Shown: positions 19,223 to 29,422, counted from the first letter of the stretch. The stretch: DNA of 63,345 bases from a bacterium (GCA_012517375.1 JAAYVC010000097.1:1-63345), one strand, 5' to 3'. A program made the numbers and translations. The notes: generated by a model not told the origin, from the sequence alone.

Positions 19223-19533
19223 AATTCTCCTTTCATTAGAGGGATAATGTGAATTTTCCATGAGCATACCTTAAAGGCGCAAAAAGTCAAGCAGGCGGCG
19301 CCACTCAGAGGAACGCAGGATATCTCTTCGTGTTGCCCCTGCTCGCTTCACACTCTTTTTGCGTAAAAAAACAGTTATTTAAGGTATAGTATTGACAAAT
19401 TAAAGAAGTCGAGTATTATGCGTCTTAGCGAAAAAGATTTAAAAAAAATTGTTTTTTTGTGATCTTGAATATTCGCACAGGAGTCCAAAGGAGGAAAACA
19501 ATAAAACGGCTTTGCTAAAGCCAAGGAGGAGTA

Positions 19534-20607
19534 ATGCGAAAATCATTCGCATCACTTTTCGCCGTTCTAGCCCTTGCAGGCTCGGCTTACGGTGTGCTCG
19601 TGAACGAGACCATAATCATACACCAGGACAAATTCGAAAAAGGCGCGACTGACCTTCACTTCATCGCCTACCAGTCCGAACCCGGCATATACATCAAGGA
19701 TTGGAAGGTCACCACGAATCCGCCGTTCCCCTCCATCGCCGGCTGGCTTGACGACTACCCCATTGGCGACGGCGACCCTCACTGCGTGCACGTTGACTGC
19801 TGGGGAACCGTTATCCCTTACTGCACAATGGTGACCATTGACGTCAAACTCGAACTCACCGACTACAACAAGATTATCATTGACAGCATCCTGTGGACGT
19901 ACGATGAAAAACCCGAAGACCCGGATAACCCGGTTGACACCGTTGACTCCGAGGTGCCTGGCCAGGGTTTTGAGGTCGACTATATCGACGAAGCGGGCAA
20001 TTCCACCTACATATTCCGCAACACGAGCGAGGAGCCCGTAATAGTCAGGGACTTTCGCTACGCCCGCAACCAGAAGGAACCCATCCCCGGTCCGAAGCTA
20101 TTTGAATGGCAGGGCTGGACGGATAAGGAACCCGATTTCGTGGTAGAACCCGGTGGAAAATACATCATTCCATTGAAGGACATGAAACCCGGTCTCTACT
20201 TCTTTGCGCGCTACGATCTCTATAAGCCGGGCAACACGAAAAACGGAGACGTGCTTGTAGCCAAGGGTACGCAGGTACACGAGGACCAGACAAAGCCCGG
20301 CAAGGTTATGGGCATAAAGGAATCCGGCCTCCTGCCCGATGTCAAGTTTATCGACGTCAACTCCTATCCTGAGTATTCGGAGATTCGCTACCAGCTGCCC
20401 AAGTCCACCATCGCGAACGTTACTTTATATTCGGTGACCGGAGAGAAGGTGGTTACCCTCGTAAACGAACGCAAGTCTGCAGGCGCCTACACCATCCACT
20501 GGGACGGAACCGATGCGAACGGCAGGCGCGTTTCAGCTGGCCTTTACATCTGCAAGCTTTCAGCGGATGGAATCGAAGCATCCGAAAAGATGGTTCGCGT
20601 AAAATAA
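19534..20607 (+). CDS. secreted hypothetical protein with T9SS-type CTD
   Basis: 357 aa with a signal peptide. C-terminus VTLYSVTGEKVVTLVNERKSAGAYTIHWDGTDANGRRVSAGLYICKL. Confidence 0.7.
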   Translation: MRKSFASLFAVLALAGSAYGVLVNETIIIHQDKFEKGATDLHFIAYQSEPGIYIKDWKVTTNPPFPSIAGWLDDYPIGDGDPHCVHVDCWGTVIPYCTMVTIDVKLELTDYNKIIIDSILWTYDEKPEDPDNPVDTVDSEVPGQGFEVDYIDEAGNSTYIFRNTSEEPVIVRDFRYARNQKEPIPGPKLFEWQGWTDKEPDFVVEPGGKYIIPLKDMKPGLYFFARYDLYKPGNTKNGDVLVAKGTQVHEDQTKPGKVMGIKESGLLPDVKFIDVNSYPEYSEIRYQLPKSTIANVTLYSVTGEKVVTLVNERKSAGAYTIHWDGTDANGRRVSAGLYICKLSADGIEASEKMVRVK

Positions 20608-20767
20608 AGTCTACACCATAGCCTGGTTCCTTATACATGAAGGCCCTCTCTGTTCCAAGCAGGGAGGGCGCCTCTATTGGGAAAGCTCCAAACCCGTATC
20701 TTATGAGAACAACTATTGACTATTCTCAACTTTGAAGTAGACTTTTTATCAAAACCAGGGAGTCAGT

Positions 20768-22369
20768 ATGACAAGATTCTTACCGCTGCTGCTTTTGGCG
20801 GCATTCTCATTACAGGCTGAGGAGCTAGTGAAAGTTACACGGGATCCAAGACCGAATCCCGATTACGTTTCTTACGCTGAATGGCGCGCTGAGAATCCCC
20901 TCATGGGCGCTCTTAAGACCGGTCCGGTAATAGTCCGCAAGGCGGCATCCGCAAGAACTGAGGCCCTAGCCGACAAAGGTCTCGTTGCCCTTGTAGTCGC
21001 TGAATATCTTAAATTGCCGCTCAAGGACGACATCGATCAATGGATATACGACGCTGAAGCCCGCGGTTTTATCATCGAAATGAGCAACTACTCGAATGAA
21101 GGAACTGTTGAAGACCTTAAGAAATATCTCAAGACTTTGCGTACAGAGGGGCTAGTGGGCGCCGTGCTCGTGGGCAATCTGCCTGCTGCATGGTTCCAGG
21201 TCTGCGACGACTGGGGCGCTGACGGCGGATTCAACCCGCCGGACGACTGGTACGAGGAGTTTCCTACCGATCTTTTTCTTGCCGATCTTGACGGAAAATG
21301 GGAGGACGATTCCTTGCACGTTGGAGACGCATCCAATCCGATGACGGAGGGAACAGACGGCATATACGACTCTCATTCGGGCAACAAAGGCGCGGATATA
21401 TGGGTCTCGCGCATAGACGCTTCCCACATCAAGCTCGAGGAGGAGATTGCACTATATCATGAATACTTCTCGCGTGTCCACAAGTACAGGCAAGCGGAGC
21501 TCACCTACCCATCGAAAGGGTATTTCTATATCGACAACGACTGGCGGGACGGCTTTTACGACAACAAGATGACCCTTGTCTGCGACGTTGTAGACGAAAT
21601 ACGCGACACCAATCTTACCTGCGCGACCGACTACAAGAACCGGCTCGCCGAAGACGGTCTTTTCATGGCGGTATGCGTGCATTCATCTCCCGATGCCCAC
21701 TATTTTGTGGCGCCCAACAACCCGGATTACGATATGCTTCAAAGCTGGCTTCTTCCGTCTCTCGCGCCTAAATACGGATTCTATAATCTTTTTGCCTGCT
21801 CCAACTGCCGGTGGGTTGAAAAGAACTGCATGGGAAGCATGTATCATTTCTTCGGCTCAGGGTTAGCCTCAATCGGCTCGACCAAGACAGGCTCCATGCT
21901 CAACTTTGACGTGTTCAACTCCGTTCTCGGTTCGGGCGCAACCTGGGGCGACGCCTGGCGCGAACTAACGAATTTCTGGATCTCGGATAACGACTATTAT
22001 CCGAAAGTGCAGTGGGCGCGCTCCTGGTTTATGGGACTCTGCATACTCGGCGACGGCACCCTTGATATGAAGGAACAAAAACCCGTTGCGATTGCCGAGG
22101 CTCCACTGAATCAACCCATTTCGCTTGAAGTAACGCCCTTTGCACGAGAAGCCGTTGAGCTGCGCTTCAGTTTGTCGAATGAATCCCTTGTAAGAATAGA
22201 TATATACGACGCTTCAGGACGGTTGGTTGCGGGTCTCTCGAACGGAATCATGGGTTCGGGAACGCACATGTTTGCATGGAGACCAGACAATGCGTCTCAG
22301 GGTGTTTACTTTGCAAGATTGGATGCTAACGGACAGTCAGCCGTTCGCAAAATTACTATAATAAGATAG
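20768..22369 (+). CDS. secreted protein, possibly clan-CD (gingipain C25-like) peptidase, with T9SS-type CTD
   Basis: 533 aa with a signal peptide. GAVLVGNLP block, candidate His (VCVHSSPD) and Cys (LFACSNC). CTD IDIYDASGRLV...GVYFARLDANG. The peptidase assignment is weak. Confidence 0.4.
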   Translation: MTRFLPLLLLAAFSLQAEELVKVTRDPRPNPDYVSYAEWRAENPLMGALKTGPVIVRKAASARTEALADKGLVALVVAEYLKLPLKDDIDQWIYDAEARGFIIEMSNYSNEGTVEDLKKYLKTLRTEGLVGAVLVGNLPAAWFQVCDDWGADGGFNPPDDWYEEFPTDLFLADLDGKWEDDSLHVGDASNPMTEGTDGIYDSHSGNKGADIWVSRIDASHIKLEEEIALYHEYFSRVHKYRQAELTYPSKGYFYIDNDWRDGFYDNKMTLVCDVVDEIRDTNLTCATDYKNRLAEDGLFMAVCVHSSPDAHYFVAPNNPDYDMLQSWLLPSLAPKYGFYNLFACSNCRWVEKNCMGSMYHFFGSGLASIGSTKTGSMLNFDVFNSVLGSGATWGDAWRELTNFWISDNDYYPKVQWARSWFMGLCILGDGTLDMKEQKPVAIAEAPLNQPISLEVTPFAREAVELRFSLSNESLVRIDIYDASGRLVAGLSNGIMGSGTHMFAWRPDNASQGVYFARLDANGQSAVRKITIIR

Positions 22370-22418
22370 CTAAAAGCGTTATCGGATATCTGAAAGACTG
22401 AGTCTTCGACTCAAGCAC

Positions 22419-23054
22419 TCAGTCAACCTTGACGATTTTTACGACCGTGCGTTCTTCGTCCTTGGCAAAGTAGGTGCCTGCCGGGAGGTTGGAGATGCTC
22501 ACCCTGCCTTCGCTTAAGACATTCTCCATCACCCTGCCCGATGCGTCAACCACCGCGCTTGCGCCCGGCGCAGAGACGTAAGGTCCTCTGGAGATAACGG
22601 CGGACGGCAGAAAGGGCGGCAGAACCGGAGGCAGCTCGAGAACGCCGGAAGCGCTGTCCGGCAGGAAGATGAGGGCTTGAAGACGACCGTATTGGCATTG
22701 CCCTAACTCATTCAACGTTCTAAATTTCAATAAGATTGTATGTTCACCTTCATTCGTCAAGTGTATAAAAACCTGATCCAAAGGCATCATATTAGCATCT
22801 ACGTTATAACGTATTGAATTTCTTACTGTGTCTCCGTCAAGTAAAAGATACCCAATTCCTCTTTTTTGAGCACCCCCTGATGCAACCAGAATCTGACAAG
22901 TTGTATCAAGGGAAAACTCCAGCTTTAAGATAGTTGTATCTATATTCTCTGCACCGGGTGCAATCACAGCATCTTGGTAAGCTTCAAGTAAAATTGATTG
23001 TCCTCCAAAGAGCAAGCCTCCAAACACTAATAACAAAAGCGCAACCTTCCGCAT
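22419..23054 (-). CDS. secreted hypothetical protein with short T9SS-like C-terminal strand
   Basis: 211 aa with a signal peptide. C-terminus ISNLPAGTYFAKDEERTVVKIVKVD. The N-terminal two-thirds is markedly AT-rich. Confidence 0.55.
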   Translation of the reverse strand: MRKVALLLLVFGGLLFGGQSILLEAYQDAVIAPGAENIDTTILKLEFSLDTTCQILVASGGAQKRGIGYLLLDGDTVRNSIRYNVDANMMPLDQVFIHLTNEGEHTILLKFRTLNELGQCQYGRLQALIFLPDSASGVLELPPVLPPFLPSAVISRGPYVSAPGASAVVDASGRVMENVLSEGRVSISNLPAGTYFAKDEERTVVKIVKVD

Positions 23055-23123
23055 AGGGTTCTCCTTTTTTAAGGTTAACGTTCTATTTTAAGTTACTTGG
23101 AAGGTTTGTCAAGACCAAATTAC

Positions 23124-24872
23124 CTACCATCCAACAGTTCCTAATGAACCTTTGGATTTTCCTGAAACACGACCCTGTTTGATAAAAGAAGCATACTCAA
23201 TTATCTCTGAATTGTAAAGTTCTCTGCTCAAATGTCTTAACTCATCCAAGCCATCGCCCTCATTCCCACCTATAGACACAATGGGTATTTCACTAGTTAC
23301 TTCTGGTGCTACGCTACCTTCAATAGTTAGCTCTAGGTCACCACCCAAGTATACACTCATCGATAAGTTGTAGTAGGCACTAGATGAAAATGGTATTCTA
23401 CCCATCTGGCATGTAATCTGGATAAGATACCAGACTCCCGTTTCTAACTCTGTGTTACCTGCAATAGCTGTTGTCTGTGGTACTTTTCCTTCAAGTCTAT
23501 CATTCTTAATAGAAACACTAAAAACATTACTTGAGTAGTTCAAAAGTTCATGGTCCGTTGACGGGTTACTACAATACCAAAGGAACTGGAATGAATTCCG
23601 ACCTAGAGGCCAGTTGGCGTAAAAATTAATAGGCTGCCCTGCTGAAACCTTTTTCAGCGCGGGTCTGTTAAAGAAGCCTGTATCGTACCACCCCCAGCCT
23701 GTAGGCAAAGTTACCTGCTGACCTGAAACCCCGGGGAAGCTTTTTATTATCGAGTCCTTGCCTTCGTTGCATGGGAAGTAGAAGAAAAGTCCGGGCGTGC
23801 CTGCGGCTTGTTCGCCTGAAAAGTGGTCCGAATAGCCTCCGCCCGCAATCCGCCACTGTATTGCCTCAACGAAAGGCTTTGACGTCGGCAGGACAAGCGT
23901 GCCGTGCTCGTCGGTCGTAGTTGCGCCAAGGTAGGCGCCCGAAATCTGGTCCCACATCTCCACATTGATTGCCGCAAGCCGCTTCCCGCGCACCATATCT
24001 GAAAGCTCCTCGATGTTTTTTGGAGGGTTCGCATCGTAAAAGGCGCTCATGTCGCGCAGACGAACCACTTGCTTTGAAGGGTATTCGTTCTTGAAGCTTA
24101 CGGTCCCGACACGAACCACCTCAACGGTGCGCGTTGTCGAGCCGAGTATGTCCTTGAGCGACTCCGATTCCGGCGGAAGCGACTTGTATGTGCGCACCTT
24201 TTCGTTCTGGAGAGCGCCAGAATCCGTATCTCCAGTGATGAGTATCGGATGTACGACCTCATCAGCGGTACCCGTATCAGATAATACGCACCCAACGCCA
24301 ACAATTCCGACTTCCTCTTCCGAGGTCCCGGAGTCGCCAATACCGTATATGTTATTGACGTTTACATCGTCGGCGCCGCTTCCAGAATCGGAAAGGTTGA
24401 GAACGTAATCGACTTCAATCCAGAACTCCGTCACGCGGATTTCCGTGCTTGCGCCGACGCCTACGGACCTCGCTCCCGCTTCAAGATCATCAACATCGCT
24501 CCATGTCCAATCCATACCGGTTTCAGGATTGGTTGTAAGCTCGTCTGAATAGTTGCTTAGAGTGGTCGTCAGTGTCCAGGACGTTGCCCCGTCTCGATCA
24601 CGACCTCCAATTACCCAAAGGTTGACCACCACCGCAGTTCCTGCGCCGACCTTTGCGGCGGTCATGCAGGCTTTAACCGATTTTATGGCGCCCATTTCGG
24701 ATGTTACTGATGGATCAGCTAGATTCTCGCTCTCCTTTACGTTGGAAGCGGATGTAGAGACGCCGGTTAAAGGGTTCAGGTCGGAGGTGCTCCCGTAATG
24801 GGTAACGCCTCCGTAAACCGACCAGTTCTGGAAAGTGCCCGCAGAGTTGGGCCGAAGCGTCAGTACAGGCAT
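23124..24872 (-). CDS. tail fibre / receptor-binding protein with C-terminal LamG (concanavalin-like) domain
   Basis: 582 aa. The C-terminal block ends GGNEGDGLDELRHLSRELYNSEI, a Laminin_G_3-type ending. Four degenerate (S/G)D(S/T)G..(D/E)(D/E)V repeats lie at aa 158-222 (24207-24401). It is the last gene of the late module. Confidence 0.55.
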   Translation of the reverse strand: MPVLTLRPNSAGTFQNWSVYGGVTHYGSTSDLNPLTGVSTSASNVKESENLADPSVTSEMGAIKSVKACMTAAKVGAGTAVVVNLWVIGGRDRDGATSWTLTTTLSNYSDELTTNPETGMDWTWSDVDDLEAGARSVGVGASTEIRVTEFWIEVDYVLNLSDSGSGADDVNVNNIYGIGDSGTSEEEVGIVGVGCVLSDTGTADEVVHPILITGDTDSGALQNEKVRTYKSLPPESESLKDILGSTTRTVEVVRVGTVSFKNEYPSKQVVRLRDMSAFYDANPPKNIEELSDMVRGKRLAAINVEMWDQISGAYLGATTTDEHGTLVLPTSKPFVEAIQWRIAGGGYSDHFSGEQAAGTPGLFFYFPCNEGKDSIIKSFPGVSGQQVTLPTGWGWYDTGFFNRPALKKVSAGQPINFYANWPLGRNSFQFLWYCSNPSTDHELLNYSSNVFSVSIKNDRLEGKVPQTTAIAGNTELETGVWYLIQITCQMGRIPFSSSAYYNLSMSVYLGGDLELTIEGSVAPEVTSEIPIVSIGGNEGDGLDELRHLSRELYNSEIIEYASFIKQGRVSGKSKGSLGTVGW

Positions 24873-24879
24873 AAGCGCC

Positions 24880-25374
24880 TCAGGAAAGCGTGATGGTCAG
24901 TTCAAGTTCCCATATCTGGCCCGATGGTTTGGCGCCCTGCGATGATACCTTGCGGTTTAGGTTTTTGCCGGCGTCCGATGATGCGTTAACGACCGTGAAC
25001 TCTTTCCAGTCGTAGTTGGCGTCCGATGTCCCGAATGTCGAGCGGAAAACAACCTTCTGATCGGCGCCATAGACGGGATAGCCGGAGTTCATCGCCTTGT
25101 ATGTCTTATTCGTTGATGCCTGGAGTCCGGTCTGAGTTGCCGTCGCCGCGGTGTCCGAATCGCCCACCCCAAGGTAGGCGTTTGAGTTATCGTATTTTGT
25201 TCCGCCGGTGCCTGCCGCAAGCTTCCAGAGCTCGTCTATGCCTTCGTTAAGGAGCAGGTTTCCGGAAAAGATATCGACTTCATAGGCTTCGATTTGTTTG
25301 AAGGCGGCTTCGTCCCTGTATTTCAGAATCCGCCAGGTGCAGTTTTCCTGGATATTTTCATGCATTGAACTCAT
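24880..25374 (-). CDS. hypothetical virion/tail-fibre-associated protein
   Basis: 164 aa from ATG 25374 (RBS AAGGAGAG). Lies between two fibre-sized ORFs. No recognisable domain. Confidence 0.5.
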   Translation of the reverse strand: MSSMHENIQENCTWRILKYRDEAAFKQIEAYEVDIFSGNLLLNEGIDELWKLAAGTGGTKYDNSNAYLGVGDSDTAATATQTGLQASTNKTYKAMNSGYPVYGADQKVVFRSTFGTSDANYDWKEFTVVNASSDAGKNLNRKVSSQGAKPSGQIWELELTITLS

Positions 25375-25396
25375 TATCTCTCCTTTTTTTAATTGA

Positions 25397-27373
25397 TTAT
25401 TCGCTGTCCTCATGATACTCAACTGTATATCTGAGGTTGAAGTCCTGTTCGCCGGATGTGCTTATTATCGAAATCGCCATCGCCGAGTCGGTTATACGGA
25501 AATCGGCAATCGGCTTGCTGACCCAGCCGCGTGCACCGACAGTGGTTTCGTCTCCGGAGCCGCCTATCTGAATCTTGCGTCCGGACGTGTAATCCTGGCT
25601 TGCGCCGTGAACGTAAACCTCGAAGTTAGTCTGCGGAGCATTCGTCGGATTAAAGAGCGCAATGGAGTCCACCCATATGGGATTCGGCAGCTTCTGGACG
25701 TCCGCTGTCTCTTCCTCAGTGGTACCGACGTCTGACTCGATTATTGGGTTCGTAAAAGCCTTTCGGTTGCGAAGACGCGAAACGCCTCCTGCGAATATCT
25801 GACCGTGAGCCGTGTAGTCGGGTTTAATGACCCTGTCGACACCCGCACAGCGCATTACTATGCGGTGCCTCAGCGCCCTTGCCGCAACCTTTACGACGTT
25901 CCCCGGCGGTATATCGAGCTTTGCCACCTGTTCAGCCGTGCGGAACGTTGCGTGAGTGGGATCGTCAAAGCTCGGTTCGGGCACCGTTGCGGCTTCCTTT
26001 CCGTAGGTGTAGCATATCTCGTAAGCCTCAGGCGCTTTCGCCCCCGTGGGCTGAGGTATGGCGACCTCAACTCCTCCGTCGACAGGAGTCGCCGCTAGAT
26101 AACTCGTCTCAGTCTGCCAGCAGAAGATAAGGTCCTGACCAACAATGAAGTCGTGTTCCGCCCACTTCGTGAAGTTCTCGCCCGAGATCATGGAGGCGAC
26201 CTTGAGCCTGTACTTGCCGCCGACGTTGAGGCCCTTGGCCGTTACAACCGGACTCGTTGGCGAATGCCTGATCCCGTAATCAACGTAATTCATCCCGTAA
26301 GCGGCATGAATTATCTCGTCGGTCTCGAATGGCGAAGCCTCAAGACGGTATTTTTCGGCGTAAGGGCACACGAAATACTCAGCCGTTGAGGCGTCCGGAA
26401 GATTATCCTCACAAACTACGTAGTTTGAGCCTGAATCGGTAATTTTGGAGAACCAGCTTTCGTCGGATTTAACCAGATAGTAATAACCAGGAGGAGACTG
26501 AATCCAGAGGTCATCGACCCATGCCGTGCAGCCTGATTGCGTAGGCATGGTAAAGCTGCATTTTTTGAGATTCGTCGTATCGCGCTGTCCCTGCCCCCAG
26601 TCGCCTATCCAGACTTTGACGTCAGCCAATGGCGTACCTGATTTCAGGTTGACTCGTTCGAGCGTTAATGCGTTCACAGCGGCGGTCGTGCGTCCAAAAC
26701 CCTCAAGAAGAACAGTCTCTACACCCTCCCATGAAGAGCCTGCGCGAGTTCCGTGAAGGATGATAGGCATTGGGATATTTCTGCCCTTGGGCAAATCAGG
26801 CAGCTCGGGCGTCGAACCCGGCGGCTGAGGCGCACCCGGCGTCTCAGAGATTCCCGGCACCATTGACTGCGCGACGAGCTTGCAAGTGATGTTGAGTCTC
26901 TGAGCAATATCAACCGTTATGGCTCCGGCGCCCGTCTGCCTGCAGTTAGCGAGCGCTACCTTATTGGAAGGCAGACTCGATACCACGGAGAGACTAAAAG
27001 AATCCGACTTCCTTGTATTATATGATGTCCCGGTCCTGTGCGCGGGTCTTGGAGTTGTTGTGGCGTATGAATGGTCAAGGATTATATAGTTGCCGCCTCC
27101 GGAAGTATCGGTAAGTGTTACGATTTGCGCCTCCCCTACCGTAATTCGCTTACCTTCGGAGTCGTAAGCCCATCCCGGTGCAATCTGCACTTTGTGTTCA
27201 GTTTGATTATAGGCTGTAACATCTAAGCCTTCACCGATGCAGGGGAGGCATCCAAAGTCCTTCGCTATCTGCAAAAGATCCTCATCTTGACCGTTCTGAT
27301 CCGCTATGAAATCATCCGGAAAAAGCCGGTCATCCGGTACATTTGAGTCATTTCTGTTGAATCTTGCGCTCAT
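25397..27373 (-). CDS. large tail-fibre/baseplate-distal protein
   Basis: 658 aa from ATG 27373 (RBS AAGGAGG). Beta-rich and Gly/Thr/Ser-rich. Position is immediately distal to the baseplate genes. Confidence 0.5.
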   Translation of the reverse strand: MSARFNRNDSNVPDDRLFPDDFIADQNGQDEDLLQIAKDFGCLPCIGEGLDVTAYNQTEHKVQIAPGWAYDSEGKRITVGEAQIVTLTDTSGGGNYIILDHSYATTTPRPAHRTGTSYNTRKSDSFSLSVVSSLPSNKVALANCRQTGAGAITVDIAQRLNITCKLVAQSMVPGISETPGAPQPPGSTPELPDLPKGRNIPMPIILHGTRAGSSWEGVETVLLEGFGRTTAAVNALTLERVNLKSGTPLADVKVWIGDWGQGQRDTTNLKKCSFTMPTQSGCTAWVDDLWIQSPPGYYYLVKSDESWFSKITDSGSNYVVCEDNLPDASTAEYFVCPYAEKYRLEASPFETDEIIHAAYGMNYVDYGIRHSPTSPVVTAKGLNVGGKYRLKVASMISGENFTKWAEHDFIVGQDLIFCWQTETSYLAATPVDGGVEVAIPQPTGAKAPEAYEICYTYGKEAATVPEPSFDDPTHATFRTAEQVAKLDIPPGNVVKVAARALRHRIVMRCAGVDRVIKPDYTAHGQIFAGGVSRLRNRKAFTNPIIESDVGTTEEETADVQKLPNPIWVDSIALFNPTNAPQTNFEVYVHGASQDYTSGRKIQIGGSGDETTVGARGWVSKPIADFRITDSAMAISIISTSGEQDFNLRYTVEYHEDSE

Positions 27374-27628
27374 TAACGCCTCCTTAAAAAACAAGCATGG
27401 AGGGATTGACAGATGTGCAATAGTCTTTGCGGTATGGAATCATTTTAAACCCCCTTTTTAATTATATTTGTTTTACAATTCTCTGCATTTTATTTTGTCA
27501 GCTTGTTAAGCTGGACCTGATGGATATTGTTTTTATTTGCACATATTGAAGAAAGTTAACAAAATTGTCCTTATTTCTGCTCCATACGTAATCATAATCT
27601 TCCATATTACAGAACAAACAAAAATCGC

Positions 27629-27656
27629 TTGACATGTGTAGGTTTTGAACTAAAAT
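27629..27656 (+). promoter_or_regulatory. sigma70-type promoter of the RHH moron
   Basis: TTGACA (27629-27634), a 16-nt spacer, TAAAAT (27651-27656). Confidence 0.6.
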
Positions 27657-27711
27657 TTTCTTATGGTTTGTGTTAGGATGTGAATTAGTGCATCCAGAAA
27701 GGAGAGCTACA

Positions 27712-27900
27712 ATGGCTAGACCGCGATCTGGCGAACCCCGTAACAAGCTTCTTGCGATACGCGTGACTGATGAGTTATGGGAAACCCTCGACAGAACCTG
27801 GCATTCGATATGTGCCAACGGAGAAAGAATAACAAAGGAAGAATTCCTCTCCCGGCTGCTCAAGGTCGGTCTTGAGGGCCACAAGTCCTCTGGGGCGTAA
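27712..27900 (+). CDS. ribbon-helix-helix (CopG/Arc-like) protein, moron inside the tail module
   Basis: 62 aa from ATG 27712 (RBS GGAGAG). N-terminus MARPRSGEPRNKLLAIRVTDELWETLD matches the RHH beta-strand plus helix pattern. It is on the opposite strand to all flanking tail genes. Confidence 0.6.
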   Translation: MARPRSGEPRNKLLAIRVTDELWETLDRTWHSICANGERITKEEFLSRLLKVGLEGHKSSGA

Positions 27901-27958
27901 CACAGAGTTTTTTTTAGATACGGGAGAGTTTCTGAGGTAGCAAGGCTAACCATATCGC

Positions 27959-28855
27959 TCACCCTACCTCTTTAATCAAAGTGTAGACGCCCGACACCGG
28001 GCCGGTTACGATAAGTGACCGGCTCGGGCCGAACTTGATATTGCTGACCGCTTGGGCAACGGAGTTGATTTGCGATTCATTGAGTCCTGCTGGAACGACA
28101 AGAAGAAAGTCTGCGAGATTATTCCAGGCTACCCATGTTGACCATGGAGAGGATTCCTCGTCCCATCCAAGCGGCCAATCAGGGGAAAGAGCCCAGAGAG
28201 GGATTATGGATGGATGCTGGCTGATGATTTCGAAGACCCTATCCATGAACGCCTTTACGGTCAGGGATGCTGTAAAGTCCCGGAGTTCTGCAAGGAGTCT
28301 TGATCTGTAGCTTGCATCGACCTCGCCCGGACTTCGGGGAAGTTCAAGAGTTTCACCCCAGGAGTCTAGGTCTTCACCGGATGCGTAAGGGATGAAACAA
28401 GCATCGTATACCGGATTGAGACCGTCGGATACGAACTCCTTGGTTGAATAGTACCCCGTGTAATCCGCGAAAACGCCTTCACCTTCTTTGGGCGCAGAAT
28501 GGAAAGTAATTGCATAGATACCGCGAACGTAGTCGATGGTGCCGGAACCGCCCTCCGGTGAAGTTAAGGTGCCGTCAGAGTTGTCTGAGAGCGTTTCCGT
28601 TGTATCGCCAATTACAACAGCGTGGATTATAAGAGATCCCGGCTTAACACCTTGATGCGTCAATGTCCCTGAGAATGTCTTTTTCTCAGAGGACGCGCCT
28701 TGACCAATCTCTTCATCTTCGATTTCCTCCTCGAGCCTCTCACCGAGTTCGCTCCTTATCGTTGAAAGAAGCTTCCGCAGAGGCGATTCCTCTTCAAGGT
28801 CCCTGAAGGTTTTACGGTTGAGGAGTACGTTGAAAGCGTATTTAAATCTGCCCAT
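27959..28855 (-). CDS. baseplate/tail protein, Mu gp48 / DUF2313-like C-terminal half
   Basis: 298 aa. C-terminal LDSWGETLELPRSPGEVDASYRSRLLAELRDFTASLT pattern. Follows the baseplate-J-like gene. Confidence 0.5.
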   Translation of the reverse strand: MGRFKYAFNVLLNRKTFRDLEEESPLRKLLSTIRSELGERLEEEIEDEEIGQGASSEKKTFSGTLTHQGVKPGSLIIHAVVIGDTTETLSDNSDGTLTSPEGGSGTIDYVRGIYAITFHSAPKEGEGVFADYTGYYSTKEFVSDGLNPVYDACFIPYASGEDLDSWGETLELPRSPGEVDASYRSRLLAELRDFTASLTVKAFMDRVFEIISQHPSIIPLWALSPDWPLGWDEESSPWSTWVAWNNLADFLLVVPAGLNESQINSVAQAVSNIKFGPSRSLIVTGPVSGVYTLIKEVG

Positions 28856-28876
28856 GACTCTGCTTTCCTTTAGCGG

Positions 28877-29422
28877 TTACGCTTGAGTAGGTGAGACGCT
28901 TGTTATCTTTACCTCTGCGCCCACGACGTTGTTTTCGTCCTGATCGAAGAAGTCCTGAATCTCAGCGACCATATCCTCGTAAACGGCGCCGCCGTTGTAG
29001 GAAACCAACACATCCACAGTGTTGGGCCCGCGCTCGCGCATCGAAACCGAAGCGTCCGTTACAAAATCCTTGAAGTTAGAGAGTATGACCGACCGGTACC
29101 AGGTTTTAGTTCCCTTTCCTTTCTGGCGGTACATGGCAAGAACGTTCTGACGGGCAACCTCGGTATCAAGAGAATCTGTCCATTCAAGACCCCAAAGCTC
29201 GTAATAGCGGCGAAGTGTTGTGCGATCCGAATACTGCGCCCAGAGATCAAGGTACATCATCTTGAGCCTGTCCCAGAGCATCGATATCGCTGCAGCAACG
29301 ACTGTAAGGATGGAGCGCACCACGCCGCGAGTGCGCCAGTTTGTTATCTGGGGAGCTTCATTCTGAAGCTGCGTCTTCATGTCGTTGTAGCATTCATTCG
29401 CGGTTTTAAAGTGCATGCTCAT
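28877..29422 (-). CDS. baseplate J-like protein (short)
   Basis: 181 aa. The N-terminal pattern and the position after the gp25-like gene both fit. It is shorter than the typical ~350-aa J proteins. Confidence 0.5.
   Translation of the reverse strand: MSMHFKTANECYNDMKTQLQNEAPQITNWRTRGVVRSILTVVAAAISMLWDRLKMMYLDLWAQYSDRTTLRRYYELWGLEWTDSLDTEVARQNVLAMYRQKGKGTKTWYRSVILSNFKDFVTDASVSMRERGPNTVDVLVSYNGGAVYEDMVAEIQDFFDQDENNVVGAEVKITSVSPTQA

Noticed and set aside
23124-27373. Diversity-generating retroelement acting on the fibre genes
   Set aside because: There is no reverse-transcriptase ORF, and I could spot no template/variable repeat pair near the fibre 3' ends. The fibre ends in a LamG domain rather than a C-type-lectin domain.
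27498-27962. 154-aa minus-strand ORF filling the baseplate-fibre gap
   Set aside because: It is antisense to the well-supported RHH gene (RBS plus promoter), has no RBS, and its composition is non-protein-like. Its AT-rich 3' part (MEDYDYVWSRNKDNF...) also lacks a start context.
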